This document shows, piece after piece, positions 19,328 through 29,258 of a stretch of 39,525 nt of DNA; within the stretch, counting starts at the first letter, position 1; each line of letters starts with the position of its first letter. The position numbers and the translations under genes are program-made. Below the pieces are notes generated by a model. That model was not told the DNA's origin and made no database searches. It was given only the letters and a program-made list of their open reading frames with translations. The stretch comes from an uncultured Mucilaginibacter sp. (lineage in GTDB: Bacteria > Bacteroidota > Bacteroidia > Sphingobacteriales > Sphingobacteriaceae). The stretch spans positions 1 through 39,525 of the forward strand of contig CAISKH010000570.1 of NCBI GenBank assembly GCA_903885865.1, given 5' to 3'.

Positions 19328-19696
19328 TTATTTAAGATGTTTCTTTACAATGGCGATCAATTCGGCAAGATCAAACGGTTTTCTTAAATAACCATCGGCA
19401 AGGCCCGCCGCTGCTATTTCCTTGATATTACTTACTGCCGAAACAATAATAACAGGTATGTGGCTGGTATCAGGGTTTGATTTTAACTCCCTGCTTATTT
19501 GCTCGCCATTGGCATCGCTTTTCCATTCGGTAAGCCAGTTATCCAATAGCATCATATCAGGGGCAATTTGGCCCAGGGATTTAAGAATTTTAGCATCTTC
19601 GGATGAGACAACCTCATATCCCTCTTCCTCTAATACATAAACAATAGTATCCCTAATGTCTTTGTCATCCTCAATTACCAGTATCTTTTTAGCCAT
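19328..19696 (-). CDS. Single-domain response regulator
   Basis: ILVIEDD, LLD, VSA, KPF. Confidence 0.9.
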   Translation of the reverse strand: MAKKILVIEDDKDIRDTIVYVLEEEGYEVVSSEDAKILKSLGQIAPDMMLLDNWLTEWKSDANGEQISRELKSNPDTSHIPVIIVSAVSNIKEIAAAGLADGYLRKPFDLAELIAIVKKHLK

Positions 19697-19835
19697 TGCC
19701 TTGGTATATAATATACCATTAACACTCAAGCCTATACCTTTTGTTTTAACTGCCCCTGTTTTTTAGCAGAATTGTGACTTATGGAGTATGAATAAACTGA
19801 TTAACAGTCAATTCAATAATCCGATAATGCAATCA

Positions 19836-20417
19836 TTAAAAAGTTTTGCTATTAAAACAAACACGGCAGCGGGGTTCATAACTTTCTTTTTCGCCCAGCA
19901 ATACCTTTTCTTTACTTGGCACCAAACGGTACGAGTAAAGCGCCGGGTTACCGCATCTTACGCATACAGCGTGTACCTTGGTTACCGATTCGGCAATTGC
20001 CATTAAACCCGGCATAGGGCCAAAGGGGCGGCCCTTAAAATCCATATCTAAACCGGCAACAATTATGCGCACGCCCTTATTGGCCAATATGGTACATACC
20101 TCCGGCAGTTTATTGTCGAAAAATTGCGCCTCGTCAATGCCAATTACCTGGGTATGGCCGGCTAATAATAATATAGCTGCTGATTTATCAACTGGGGTAG
20201 AAGCTACGGCTCTCGAATCATGCGATACTACGTCGCTTTCATCATACCGCACATCAAGTTTTGGTTTAAATAGCTGCACGCTCAGCTTCGCAAAACGGGC
20301 GCGGTTTATTCGTCGTATCAACTCTTCGGTTTTCCCCGAAAACATTGAACCGCAAATAACCTCGATACCGCCTCCGCTTTCATTTTTTCGCTTAAAAATT
20401 TCCTCGCTGAGCTGCAT
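19836..20417 (-). CDS. tdk: Thymidine kinase
   Basis: [35 protein letters not shown]. Confidence 0.97.
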   Translation of the reverse strand: MQLSEEIFKRKNESGGGIEVICGSMFSGKTEELIRRINRARFAKLSVQLFKPKLDVRYDESDVVSHDSRAVASTPVDKSAAILLLAGHTQVIGIDEAQFFDNKLPEVCTILANKGVRIIVAGLDMDFKGRPFGPMPGLMAIAESVTKVHAVCVRCGNPALYSYRLVPSKEKVLLGEKESYEPRCRVCFNSKTF

Positions 20418-20492
20418 GTTAAACTTATTGTAAGGGTCTAATATCAGAATTTAATGCTTAATTTTGATAAGCATTTTTTCTTAAAGCATACC

Positions 20493-21335
20493 ATGAACCA
20501 ACTGGAAGTATTTAATAAGATAGGCGGCATCATCAAAGAGCTTAATGACCAGTATAAATATCTTGAAGCCAACCCCGCAGAGTTAAACGAACTTGAACTG
20601 GAGCTTTTTGTTGCCAATGCCCATTTTTTGGCCGATCATTCAGAAATATTAAGTAAACTAAACCTGCGGACCAGGGCCGAAAAGCCCGTTATAAATAAAC
20701 AGGAAGGCAACGAAAAATATTTTGAGCCGATTGCCCAGCAGCCCGTTATTCAGGACAAAACGGTGGCTGAAACCGGTGACGAGCCGTCGGGTTTAGATAT
20801 TTCGGCACATAGCCCCGAGGATACTTATTCCTTTATACGGGAAGAGCCTGAAATTATAAGACATGAGCTAGAAATTGACGAAACAGCGTTCACGGATGAA
20901 GAAATTAAGGAAGATGAATTACTTATTGAAAAAGAAAAAGCTGAAGAATTAGCCAAAGAGCCGTCCCCGCTTAAAGAAGAATTGAAGCCCGCGGCCAAAA
21001 AGAAAAATGCCGGCAAGGAAGAAATAATCACCATTAATCAAAAAATATCATCGACATTAAATAATACGGCCAGCATAACTGCGCAGGCGGGCGCACAGCC
21101 GGTAACCAACCTAAAAAATGCCATAACGCTGAATGAAAAATTGCTGTATATTAAAGATCTTTTCAGGGGTTACAACCTTGCTTACAGCGAAGCCATAGAA
21201 ATACTTAACCGCTTTAATACATTTGAAGAAGCCGAGCGCTTTTTAAATAAAAACTACGTGATGAAAAACGACTGGGAAAGTAAGCCGGATACAACTGAAA
21301 AATTTTATGAGTTGTTGAGGAGAAGGTACTGTTAG
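20493..21335 (+). CDS. Hypothetical Bacteroidota protein with acidic linker
   Basis: C-terminal LKNAITLNEKLLYIKDLF..F.ELLRRRY. TAATTTTG at 20459-20466 supports the ATG at 20493. Confidence 0.8.
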   Translation: MNQLEVFNKIGGIIKELNDQYKYLEANPAELNELELELFVANAHFLADHSEILSKLNLRTRAEKPVINKQEGNEKYFEPIAQQPVIQDKTVAETGDEPSGLDISAHSPEDTYSFIREEPEIIRHELEIDETAFTDEEIKEDELLIEKEKAEELAKEPSPLKEELKPAAKKKNAGKEEIITINQKISSTLNNTASITAQAGAQPVTNLKNAITLNEKLLYIKDLFRGYNLAYSEAIEILNRFNTFEEAERFLNKNYVMKNDWESKPDTTEKFYELLRRRYC

Positions 21336-21365
21336 TAGCAGCGGAGGTGTTACTGAAACTTAAAA

Positions 21366-22637
21366 TTACGCGTATATCATTCCCATCCTGTTCGAATCAA
21401 GCTTGATTAGGGTAAAAAGCATGATAGTAAAGCTTAGCAGCGACGAACCGCCGTAGCTGATGAGGGGGAGCGGAATGCCTATTACCGGCATAATGCCAAT
21501 TGTCATGCCGATATTAATAACGACATGGAAAAATATAACCGACCCGACGCCATAGGCATAAATACGCGAGAAAGGCGATCGCTGGCGTTCGGCAATATAT
21601 ATTATCCGCAATACTAAAAGCAAGTACAAACCTAATACCACAACTGATCCGGCGAAGCCGAATTCTTCGCCTACGGTACAAAAAATAAAATCGGTGCCCT
21701 GCTCGGGCACATACCTGTACATGGTTTGCGTACCGCGCATATAACCCTTACCCCAAAGCTTGCCCGAGCCAATGGCTATCAGTGATTGATGGACGTTATA
21801 TCCCTTTCCTTTCGGGTCGCTTTTTATTCCAAGCACTATGTCGATGCGCACTTTTTGGTGCGGTTCTAAAACGCTGTTGTACAAAAATTTTACGCTACAA
21901 ACAAAGGCTATTAATATAGCGGCACCCACCAATACGGTAAACACTAATTTTTTATTGCGCCTGAATACCAGGACAATTAATACGGCAAGACCTATAAGCA
22001 CGCCAATAATAAGCAGTATATTATTTAACTTAAGCGTTAAAACAAACAGTGTAATAAATAACCCCTCCAGTACCAAAAAATAAGGCGAAAGCCCCTCGCG
22101 GTATAAAACAAAAAGCAAGCAGCTAAACACTAAGGTTGAACCGGCATCTCCCTGCAATAGTATGAGCATCATTGGGAAAAAAATGATCGCAGCTGCGATA
22201 GCAAAAGATTTAATTTCCGTCACTTTTATATTGACCCCGCTTAAATAACGGGCAAGTAAAAGGCAGGTGGCAAATTTGGCAAACTCTGCAGGCTGCAGCC
22301 TTAAGCCTCCCGGCAAGGCTATCCAGGCCTGGTTGCCTTTAACCCTATGCCCTATAACCAATACCAGTATTAACAGGATAATTGTAAGGGCATACAGAAC
22401 AGGCGCAAGTGCCGACAGGAAGCGGCTCTCCAATAAAAGAATAAACACCCCCAACACTACAGATACGATAACAAATATAAACTGCTTGCCGTAATCGGTA
22501 TCAACATCGAGAATATAAGGATGCCGCGGGTCGTACATTGCCGAATGGATGCTGAACAGGCCAATAGTACACAGCGCCAGGTAAATAAATACCATTAACC
22601 AATCAACATTAAAAAAGAAACTGCGCTGGTTATTCAT
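21366..22637 (-). CDS. rodA: Rod shape-determining protein RodA
   Basis: SEDS motifs LQPAEFAK, AIGSG, PEQGTDFIF, PLISYGGSS; operon context. Confidence 0.97.
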   Translation of the reverse strand: MNNQRSFFFNVDWLMVFIYLALCTIGLFSIHSAMYDPRHPYILDVDTDYGKQFIFVIVSVVLGVFILLLESRFLSALAPVLYALTIILLILVLVIGHRVKGNQAWIALPGGLRLQPAEFAKFATCLLLARYLSGVNIKVTEIKSFAIAAAIIFFPMMLILLQGDAGSTLVFSCLLFVLYREGLSPYFLVLEGLFITLFVLTLKLNNILLIIGVLIGLAVLIVLVFRRNKKLVFTVLVGAAILIAFVCSVKFLYNSVLEPHQKVRIDIVLGIKSDPKGKGYNVHQSLIAIGSGKLWGKGYMRGTQTMYRYVPEQGTDFIFCTVGEEFGFAGSVVVLGLYLLLVLRIIYIAERQRSPFSRIYAYGVGSVIFFHVVINIGMTIGIMPVIGIPLPLISYGGSSLLSFTIMLFTLIKLDSNRMGMIYA

Positions 22638-24621
22638 TTTCCTTTTGTTTAATAGCTGCCAAATATTTTACAGACGGATCTCTTTTATTTTTATTCGATG
22701 CAGATTTTACGGGGCCAATTTTACGCGCCGAATCCAATCTTGATTTTTTTAGGCTATCCAGCTGCGCTCTTTTTTTATTATGCTGATAGTAGGTACTCAG
22801 GTCAGGCAGCAAGTTGGCGTTCATGATGCGGTTAAACTCATCCTGCGGACGGGAGATGGTGCCGGTTAAGTATTTTTCGACCAGATAGCTGGCTATAGGA
22901 GCCGCCCAATTTGCGCCCTGCCCGCCATTTTCAACTACTACCGCGATAGCTATTCTTGGATGATCGCGCGGGGCAAATGCCACAAAGACCGAGTTAGGTT
23001 TGCCATGCGTATTATCCGCTGTCCCCGTTTTTCCGCACATCACTATTCCTGGTATTTTTGAGGCCGCCGCAGTACCATGATCTACTACGGCCTGCATGCC
23101 ATCAATAACCGGCTCAAAATATTGCCCGCTAATACCTACATTATGTTTTACGGTATCTTCGGGGCGCACTACATTGCGGGTGCCAATGCTTTTTATCAGA
23201 TGGGGTAAATAATAATATCCGTGGTTAGCAATTGTGCATTCAATATTTGCTAATTGTAATGGAGTGGCATCAAGTTCGCCCTGCCCAATAGCCAACGGAA
23301 TAATTGTACTTGAGCGCCATCCACCGCGATTATACATCTTATCATAATTCTGGGCAGTAGGTAAATTGCCCCGCTTTTCGTTTGGCATATCCAACCCCAG
23401 CTTTCGGCCTAAACCAAATTTGGCAACATTTTCGCGCCAGCTGCTAAAAGCAGGCAATATATCTTTACGGCCTGCCGCGTTCATTATCCGTTCAAAAACC
23501 ATTGAAAAATAACCATTGCAAGATACGGCCACCGCACTGCTCAAGTTAACGGTTCCGTGTGCTTCATGGTTATAGCATGAGATTTTACGGTTACCAGCCC
23601 AATAATAACCGGGGCAGTTGTAAGTAGTTTCCGGTGTAATAATGCCTGCCTGCAAAGCAATGAGTGCGCTTAACGGTTTAAAGGACGATCCGGGACGGTA
23701 ATAAGCCTGTATTGGGCGTACCAGGAATGGGCTGTACGGATCATTATATAGTTTTGCCGCATTATTGCCGCGTTCACGCCCAACCATAAGGTTGGGATCA
23801 TAAGTTGGGCTGCTTACAAAGGCTAATATTTCACCTGTCGACGGTTCAATGGCAACAATACTACCCACTTTATTTTGCATTAATTTTTCGCCCAGTTTTT
23901 GTATGTTTATTTCTAATGATGAGGTTAAGCGTTCGCCCGGTACGGCTACTGTATCATATGCGCCGTTCGCATACGACCCTTTTTGGATCCCCCGCGAATC
24001 AACCATCATATTTTTCACGCCGCGCTGTCCGCGTAAAACATTTTCATAAGCTTTTTCAACACCGGTGGAGCCAATATAATCGCCCGGGCGGTAATAGCCG
24101 CCTGAATTTTTTATATCAACGTCTTTTACCTCACTAATATATCCTAAGAATTGGGCAGCTGTCGAATCGGGGTAAGTGCGTACCGGGTGGGGGTCGACGG
24201 TGAACCCGGGGAATTCTGATAACCGTTCCTGCAAAGAAGCATATAGCTGCGGCGATAATTGCTGCTCGAAAGGGGATTGCAGCACATGCGAATATTTTTC
24301 AGCTTTTAAAAGGCGTTTGTCAAACTCGGCTTTATCTATGCCAATTAATTTGCAAAATTCTAAAGTATCAAACGGCTTAACATCTTTTGGGGTTACGCTG
24401 ATATCATATACGAGGCTATTTTGAACCAGTATCTTTCCATTACGGTCTAATATTGGCCCGCGGTCGGGGAATTGGATGATCTTACGGTTAACATTGCTAT
24501 TGGCATATAATAGGTATTTATCGTCAACTATTTGTATATAAAATAGCCGGGCAAGCAATATCAGTATAATAGTGATAAAAACGCCCCCGATAACGTAACG
24601 CCGCTCAAAAAATTTATTCAT
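22630..24621 (-). CDS. mrdA: Penicillin-binding protein 2
   Basis: RGPILDRNG, SSFK (SxxK), SCN (SxN), KTG. Confidence 0.95.
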   Translation of the reverse strand: MNKFFERRYVIGGVFITIILILLARLFYIQIVDDKYLLYANSNVNRKIIQFPDRGPILDRNGKILVQNSLVYDISVTPKDVKPFDTLEFCKLIGIDKAEFDKRLLKAEKYSHVLQSPFEQQLSPQLYASLQERLSEFPGFTVDPHPVRTYPDSTAAQFLGYISEVKDVDIKNSGGYYRPGDYIGSTGVEKAYENVLRGQRGVKNMMVDSRGIQKGSYANGAYDTVAVPGERLTSSLEINIQKLGEKLMQNKVGSIVAIEPSTGEILAFVSSPTYDPNLMVGRERGNNAAKLYNDPYSPFLVRPIQAYYRPGSSFKPLSALIALQAGIITPETTYNCPGYYWAGNRKISCYNHEAHGTVNLSSAVAVSCNGYFSMVFERIMNAAGRKDILPAFSSWRENVAKFGLGRKLGLDMPNEKRGNLPTAQNYDKMYNRGGWRSSTIIPLAIGQGELDATPLQLANIECTIANHGYYYLPHLIKSIGTRNVVRPEDTVKHNVGISGQYFEPVIDGMQAVVDHGTAAASKIPGIVMCGKTGTADNTHGKPNSVFVAFAPRDHPRIAIAVVVENGGQGANWAAPIASYLVEKYLTGTISRPQDEFNRIMNANLLPDLSTYYQHNKKRAQLDSLKKSRLDSARKIGPVKSASNKNKRDPSVKYLAAIKQKENE

Positions 24622-25136
24622 TTACGTTCTTTGCTCCTAAAGAATAATAAGGCTGAAACCAGCATTAAAAATACGGTAAAAATTGTACTTAACACTACGC
24701 GGCCCAGCGTGTACCTGATCTCGGAAAAGCGAAAAACTTCGAGGTTAAACAAAAAGAAATGATGAAACAAAGTAAGTATAAGCGCGTAGGTAAAAAACCA
24801 CCTGAAACCCATTATGCTTAAGGTTGGTTCGGGCTCATTGTCAAAGCCTTCTTTTTGTACAGTTATGCTGATAAATAAGATACGAACAAATGCCAGCAGC
24901 ACACAGGCCGTTGCATGAAGGCCGGGCGTATCGTAAAAAGCATCAATAGTTAACCCCATTAAAAACGATACGGCAAACAATACCAGGTTAGGTGTTTCAA
25001 ACGGGAGCAGCAAAATAAAAAGAATATACAAATAGGGCGCAGACAGATCGTACAGCGTAATATTTTTCAATAAAAACACTTGTACAAAAACCAATAAAAT
25101 AAACCTTGCCAGGTTAACAATTATAGCCCTACTCAT
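24618..25136 (-). CDS. mreD: Rod shape-determining protein MreD
   Basis: Hydrophobic 172 aa with GLTIDAF; lies between mreC and mrdA. Confidence 0.9.
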   Translation of the reverse strand: MSRAIIVNLARFILLVFVQVFLLKNITLYDLSAPYLYILFILLLPFETPNLVLFAVSFLMGLTIDAFYDTPGLHATACVLLAFVRILFISITVQKEGFDNEPEPTLSIMGFRWFFTYALILTLFHHFFLFNLEVFRFSEIRYTLGRVVLSTIFTVFLMLVSALLFFRSKERK

Positions 25137-25962
25137 CTTTTTTTTCCTGGGCCTCCAGTCCCAATTGTTCTTTGGCCAGTTTGTTAACTACAACATATAC
25201 GTATTGTAGTTTGCTAAAATCGACAGATAAGGCAACTTCCATATTTAGTGACGAACCACCCTCTGTTGCACGCAGGTTACTTACTTTGCCATAAAGCAAG
25301 CCGGCCGGGAAAAGCGAATGTTCGGAACTAACTACTTTTTCGCCAAGCTTTGGCTGGGCGTTGTTGGATACATCTATCAGTAAGCCTTTATGTGGATCGA
25401 TTTTGCTGCCCCAGATAAACGAGCCGATATCTTTATGATCGGCCAACATTGCGCTGAAGCGGGTATCTTTATGTAAAACAGATTGCACAACCGCAAAGTG
25501 TTGTGAAACGTTAATTATTTTGCCTACTATCCCGGCATCGCAAATAACGCCCATACCTTTTTCTATATGGGCATTACTACCCAGGTTGATGGTGATATAA
25601 TTGCTGCGTCGGTTAACAGAGTTGTTGATAACCTTGGCTACAATATATTCATATTGCTGTTTGTAAATGGTATCGGTTATTTTGCGCTTTGCGATGCTAT
25701 CAATGTAAAATGACGACTTAAGCTGGTTGCGCAGCCGGGCATTTTGCCTTGCCAAACTATCATTAACCTCGCTTAAGGACAGATAGTCCTTCAAATGGTC
25801 TACCCGGGCATATAAATTACCGGTAACCTGGTTGGTGCTGTTAATGAATGTAGCTTTTTGAAAAGAATTGTATTTGATGTAGATAATGAGCGCACTCACC
25901 TCAAATATAATGAACAGAAAAAATGCGTTGTACTTAGTGATGAAGATCAAGAGGTTACGCAT
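25129..25962 (-). CDS. mreC: Rod shape-determining protein MreC
   Basis: N-terminal TM, LARQNARLR coiled coil, GIVGKI, FPAG. Confidence 0.95.
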   Translation of the reverse strand: MRNLLIFITKYNAFFLFIIFEVSALIIYIKYNSFQKATFINSTNQVTGNLYARVDHLKDYLSLSEVNDSLARQNARLRNQLKSSFYIDSIAKRKITDTIYKQQYEYIVAKVINNSVNRRSNYITINLGSNAHIEKGMGVICDAGIVGKIINVSQHFAVVQSVLHKDTRFSAMLADHKDIGSFIWGSKIDPHKGLLIDVSNNAQPKLGEKVVSSEHSLFPAGLLYGKVSNLRATEGGSSLNMEVALSVDFSKLQYVYVVVNKLAKEQLGLEAQEKKDE

Positions 25963-25964
25963 CT

Positions 25965-26000
25965 TTAGTGATTAGTTGACTGGTGATTAGAGATTAGTTG
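25965..26000 (+). repeat. Heptamer tandem array TTAGWGA (left arm)
   Basis: TTAGTGA TTAGTTG A CTGGTGA TTAGAGA TTAGTTG. Confidence 0.8.
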
Positions 26001-26355
26001 CCTGTTGTCTAAGATAATTAATATAACCATTTATTAATTTCATGCATTCTTCGCATTGCAAATTAAATTTCTCAAAAATTTCATTGCTGATAAATTTCAT
26101 ATCTAATGCGATAATAAGATGATCAATTGTCTCGGCGGCAGAACCTCGGGCATTTATTAAGAATTTTGAAGAATCCACATAATGAAATCTTCCATGTCCT
26201 TCCGCAATATTATTACCTATTGACCTGGACGACCGAATGATTTGATCGGCTAACCGATATTTTTCTTCGGCAAGAAAGCTTTTAACCAATTCATAAATAT
26301 CGTTTCGAAAAATACGCGACTTTTTCCATGCCTCAAGTTCGGTAAATCCTTTCAT
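25987..26355 (-). CDS. Four-helix-bundle protein (23S rRNA IVS-protein-like family)
   Basis: FTELEAWK, EEKYRLADQIIRSSRSIGNNIAEGHGR, FLINARGSAAE. Confidence 0.92.
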   Translation of the reverse strand: MKGFTELEAWKKSRIFRNDIYELVKSFLAEEKYRLADQIIRSSRSIGNNIAEGHGRFHYVDSSKFLINARGSAAETIDHLIIALDMKFISNEIFEKFNLQCEECMKLINGYINYLRQQATNL

Positions 26356-26388
26356 TAGTTAAAAATACATACTAATTACAAATTTCAC

Positions 26389-26424
26389 TCACTAATCACT
26401 AATTAACCAATCACTAATCTCTAA
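26389..26424 (-). repeat. Heptamer tandem array TCWCTAA (right arm, inverted relative to the left arm)
   Basis: TCACTAA TCACTAA TTAACCAA TCACTAA TCTCTAA, abutting the mreB stop. Confidence 0.85.
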
Positions 26425-27447
26425 TTACTGCATAAGAAATTTAAAATTACCAATATTTTTAAGGGCCGTACCTGTTCCGCGCACTACGGCGCGCAGCGGG
26501 TCTTCAGCAACGTGAACGGGCAGTTTTGTTTTGGCTGATATGCGCCTGTCTAAACCACGCAGTAAAGCACCACCACCGGTTAAATAAATGCCGGTTTGAT
26601 AAATATCTGCCGACAACTCAGGCGGGGTTATTTCTAAAGCTTTTAATATCGCTTCTTCAATTTTTGATATTGACTTATCTAAACAATGCGCTATTTCGGT
26701 ATACGATACCATGATCTGTTTAGGTACACCAGTCATCAGGTCGCGGCCTTGCACGGCAAAATCAGCAGGCGGGTCGGGCAATTCGGGCAATGCCGCGCCA
26801 ACCTCAATTTTAATTTTTTCGGCTGTACGGTCGCCTATCATAATATTATGCTGGCGGCGAATGTACTGCACAATATCCGAATCAAAATTATCACCCGCAA
26901 CCCGTATGGATTGGTCACAAACAATACCTGATAATGCAATAACCGCTATCTCGGTAGTGCCACCGCCAATATCAATGATCATATTACCCATGGGTTCTTC
27001 CACATCAATGCCAATACCTACGGCGGCAGCCATTGGTTCATGTATAAGGTAAACTTCTTTGGCACCGGCAATTTCGGCCGAGTCGCGCACGGCGCGTTTT
27101 TCAACTTCGGTAATGCCCGACGGGATGCAGATCACCATCCGTAACGACGGAAAGAACCATCCTTTGCCCTGGTTTATCATTTTTATCATCCCGCGTATCA
27201 TGTGTTCGGCTGCGTTGAAATCGGCAATTACACCATCCTTTAAAGGCCTAACGGTACGGATGTTATCATGTGTTTTACCTTCCATTTGCATGGCCTGTTT
27301 GCCAATGGCGATAACTTTATTGGTTATACGGTCAAAAGCTACTATTGACGGTTCGTCAACAACAACTTTATCATTATGTATAATGAGGGTATTTGCGGTA
27401 CCTAAATCAATCGCGATCTCTTGCGTAAAAAAATTAAATAATCCCAT
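26425..27447 (-). CDS. mreB: Rod shape-determining protein MreB
   Basis: IDLGTANT, EPMAAA, DIGGGTT, LTGGGALL. Confidence 0.98.
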   Translation of the reverse strand: MGLFNFFTQEIAIDLGTANTLIIHNDKVVVDEPSIVAFDRITNKVIAIGKQAMQMEGKTHDNIRTVRPLKDGVIADFNAAEHMIRGMIKMINQGKGWFFPSLRMVICIPSGITEVEKRAVRDSAEIAGAKEVYLIHEPMAAAVGIGIDVEEPMGNMIIDIGGGTTEIAVIALSGIVCDQSIRVAGDNFDSDIVQYIRRQHNIMIGDRTAEKIKIEVGAALPELPDPPADFAVQGRDLMTGVPKQIMVSYTEIAHCLDKSISKIEEAILKALEITPPELSADIYQTGIYLTGGGALLRGLDRRISAKTKLPVHVAEDPLRAVVRGTGTALKNIGNFKFLMQ

Positions 27448-27585
27448 ATCTCGTTTGCTTCAAAAAATAGTTTGCAAAGTTTATAAATTTAGTTGAATAT
27501 GTTGCATTTAGTTGAATAAGTTGAAATAGTTTTTATCATTATGATAAATAACTATTAAGCACTCACAATTTAGCTACTCACCAAC

Positions 27586-29112
27586 TCAATGTTTAAAGTG
27601 ACGAACACCAGTAATAACCATTGAAATGTTTTTTTTATTGCACATTTCAACAGAATGTTTGTCGTTTATTGAACCGCCGGGTTGCAATACAGCCGATATA
27701 CCCGCTTCTGCAGCCAGCTCAACACAATCAGGAAACGGGAAGAAGGCATCGGAGGCCATTACGGCTCCTTCCAGGTCGAACCCAAAGCTTTTGGCCTTTA
27801 TAACCGCCTGTTTCAAAGAATCAACCCTTGATGTTTGCCCCACGCCGCTTGCCATTAATTGTTGGTTTTTTGCAAAAACAATGGTATTCGATTTAGTATG
27901 CTTTACTACTTTGTTAGCAAAGTGCAGGTCTTTTAACTCTTGTGCTGTTGGGGTTCGGTTGGTAACAGCGGTCATGTGTTCAGGGCCCTCTATAACCGAA
28001 TCCTTATCCTGCTCAATAACGCCATTTAACAAGGTTTTAAATTGTTTTGATGGTAATTCAACCGGCTGGCGTACCAGGATAATGCGGTTCTTTTTCTCCT
28101 GTAATATTTGTACAGCCTCATCGGTATAAGCTGGCGCTATTAATACTTCATAAAATATTTTGCTGACCTCAGTCGCGGTTTCGACGTTTATTTCATCATT
28201 GGCGATGATTACCCCCCCGAAGGCTGATACTGGATCGCAGGCCAAAGCATCTATCCATGCTTCTTTAATAAAGGAACGGCTGGCAATACCGCAGGCGTTG
28301 GTATGTTTTAATATAGCTACCGTAGGCTCCGTAAACTCATCTATCAAAGCAACCGCAGCGTCAACATCTACCAAATTGTTGTATGACAATTCCTTGCCAT
28401 GCAGTTTAGTAAATATCGCATCCAAATCGCCGTAAAAAACGCCCTTTTGATGAGGATTTTCTCCGTAACGTAAGGTTTGGCTGGTTTGTATATTCTGTTT
28501 AAATACAGGTAGCGCGTCCTGCTGGTTAAAGTACTGGAATATCGCGGTATCGTAGCCTGAAGTGATGTTAAAGGCTTTATGGGCAAACCTGCTGCGTTGG
28601 TCAATAGTAGTTTCGCCATTTTGCGTTTTCAATATTTCATCCAGTTCGGCATAATCATTTTTTGATGCAACGATAACCACATCTTTAAAATTCTTTGCCG
28701 CCGCGCGGATCAGGGAAATGCCCCCAATATCTATCTTCTCGATCACATCATCATGTCCGGCGCCCGATTTTACAGTTTCTTCAAATGGATATAGGTCAAC
28801 AATAACCAGGTCAATTTCAGGTATTTCATATTGGGCCAGTTGCTGTTGGTCGCCTTCAAAATTTCTGCGCGCCAGTATACCTCCAAACACTTTTGGGTGC
28901 AGGGTTTTAACACGCCCGCCTAAGATAGACGGATAGGAGGTAAGGTCCTCAACTGCTATAACGTTAACGCCGAGGCTGCGTATAAAAGTTTCGGTACCAC
29001 CGGTAGAGTATAGCTTAACCCCCAAACGGTTTAATTCATGAATAATAGGCTCCAGGTTATCTTTGTAATAAACTGAAATAAGGGCATTTTTTATGATAAC
29101 AGGTTGACTCAT
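27586..29112 (-). CDS. purH: Bifunctional AICAR transformylase / IMP cyclohydrolase
   Basis: GRVKTLHP, LRYGENPHQ, KHTNACG, ASDAFFPF, GVRHFKH. Confidence 0.98.
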   Translation of the reverse strand: MSQPVIIKNALISVYYKDNLEPIIHELNRLGVKLYSTGGTETFIRSLGVNVIAVEDLTSYPSILGGRVKTLHPKVFGGILARRNFEGDQQQLAQYEIPEIDLVIVDLYPFEETVKSGAGHDDVIEKIDIGGISLIRAAAKNFKDVVIVASKNDYAELDEILKTQNGETTIDQRSRFAHKAFNITSGYDTAIFQYFNQQDALPVFKQNIQTSQTLRYGENPHQKGVFYGDLDAIFTKLHGKELSYNNLVDVDAAVALIDEFTEPTVAILKHTNACGIASRSFIKEAWIDALACDPVSAFGGVIIANDEINVETATEVSKIFYEVLIAPAYTDEAVQILQEKKNRIILVRQPVELPSKQFKTLLNGVIEQDKDSVIEGPEHMTAVTNRTPTAQELKDLHFANKVVKHTKSNTIVFAKNQQLMASGVGQTSRVDSLKQAVIKAKSFGFDLEGAVMASDAFFPFPDCVELAAEAGISAVLQPGGSINDKHSVEMCNKKNISMVITGVRHFKH

Positions 29113-29134
29113 TTAAAGAAAAAAATTTGAGTCG

Positions 29135-29142
29135 CAAAGGTA
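29135..29142 (-). promoter_or_regulatory. -7 promoter element (TACCTTTG) for purH
   Basis: TAnnTTTG on the minus strand, 22 bp upstream of the ATG. Confidence 0.7.
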
Positions 29143-29181
29143 GTGATTAGTGATTAGAGATTAGAGGTAAGAGGTTAGTTT
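29140..29181 (+). repeat. Heptamer tandem array TTAGWG(A/G)
   Basis: GTAGTGA TTAGTGA TTAGAGA TTAGAGG TAAGAGG TTAGTTT. Confidence 0.85.
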
Positions 29182-29258
29182 TTTTGTGGAAAATATTGGG
29201 GTCTGTCCAGGTAGCTGTGGAATTTATTATTTAAAAAAATAAAACTCTAATCTTCAAG

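Noticed and set aside
25987-26355. Diversity-generating retroelement (the four-helix bundle resembles Avd)
   Set aside because: No reverse transcriptase and no TR/VR pair with adenine-specific mismatches seen in the window.
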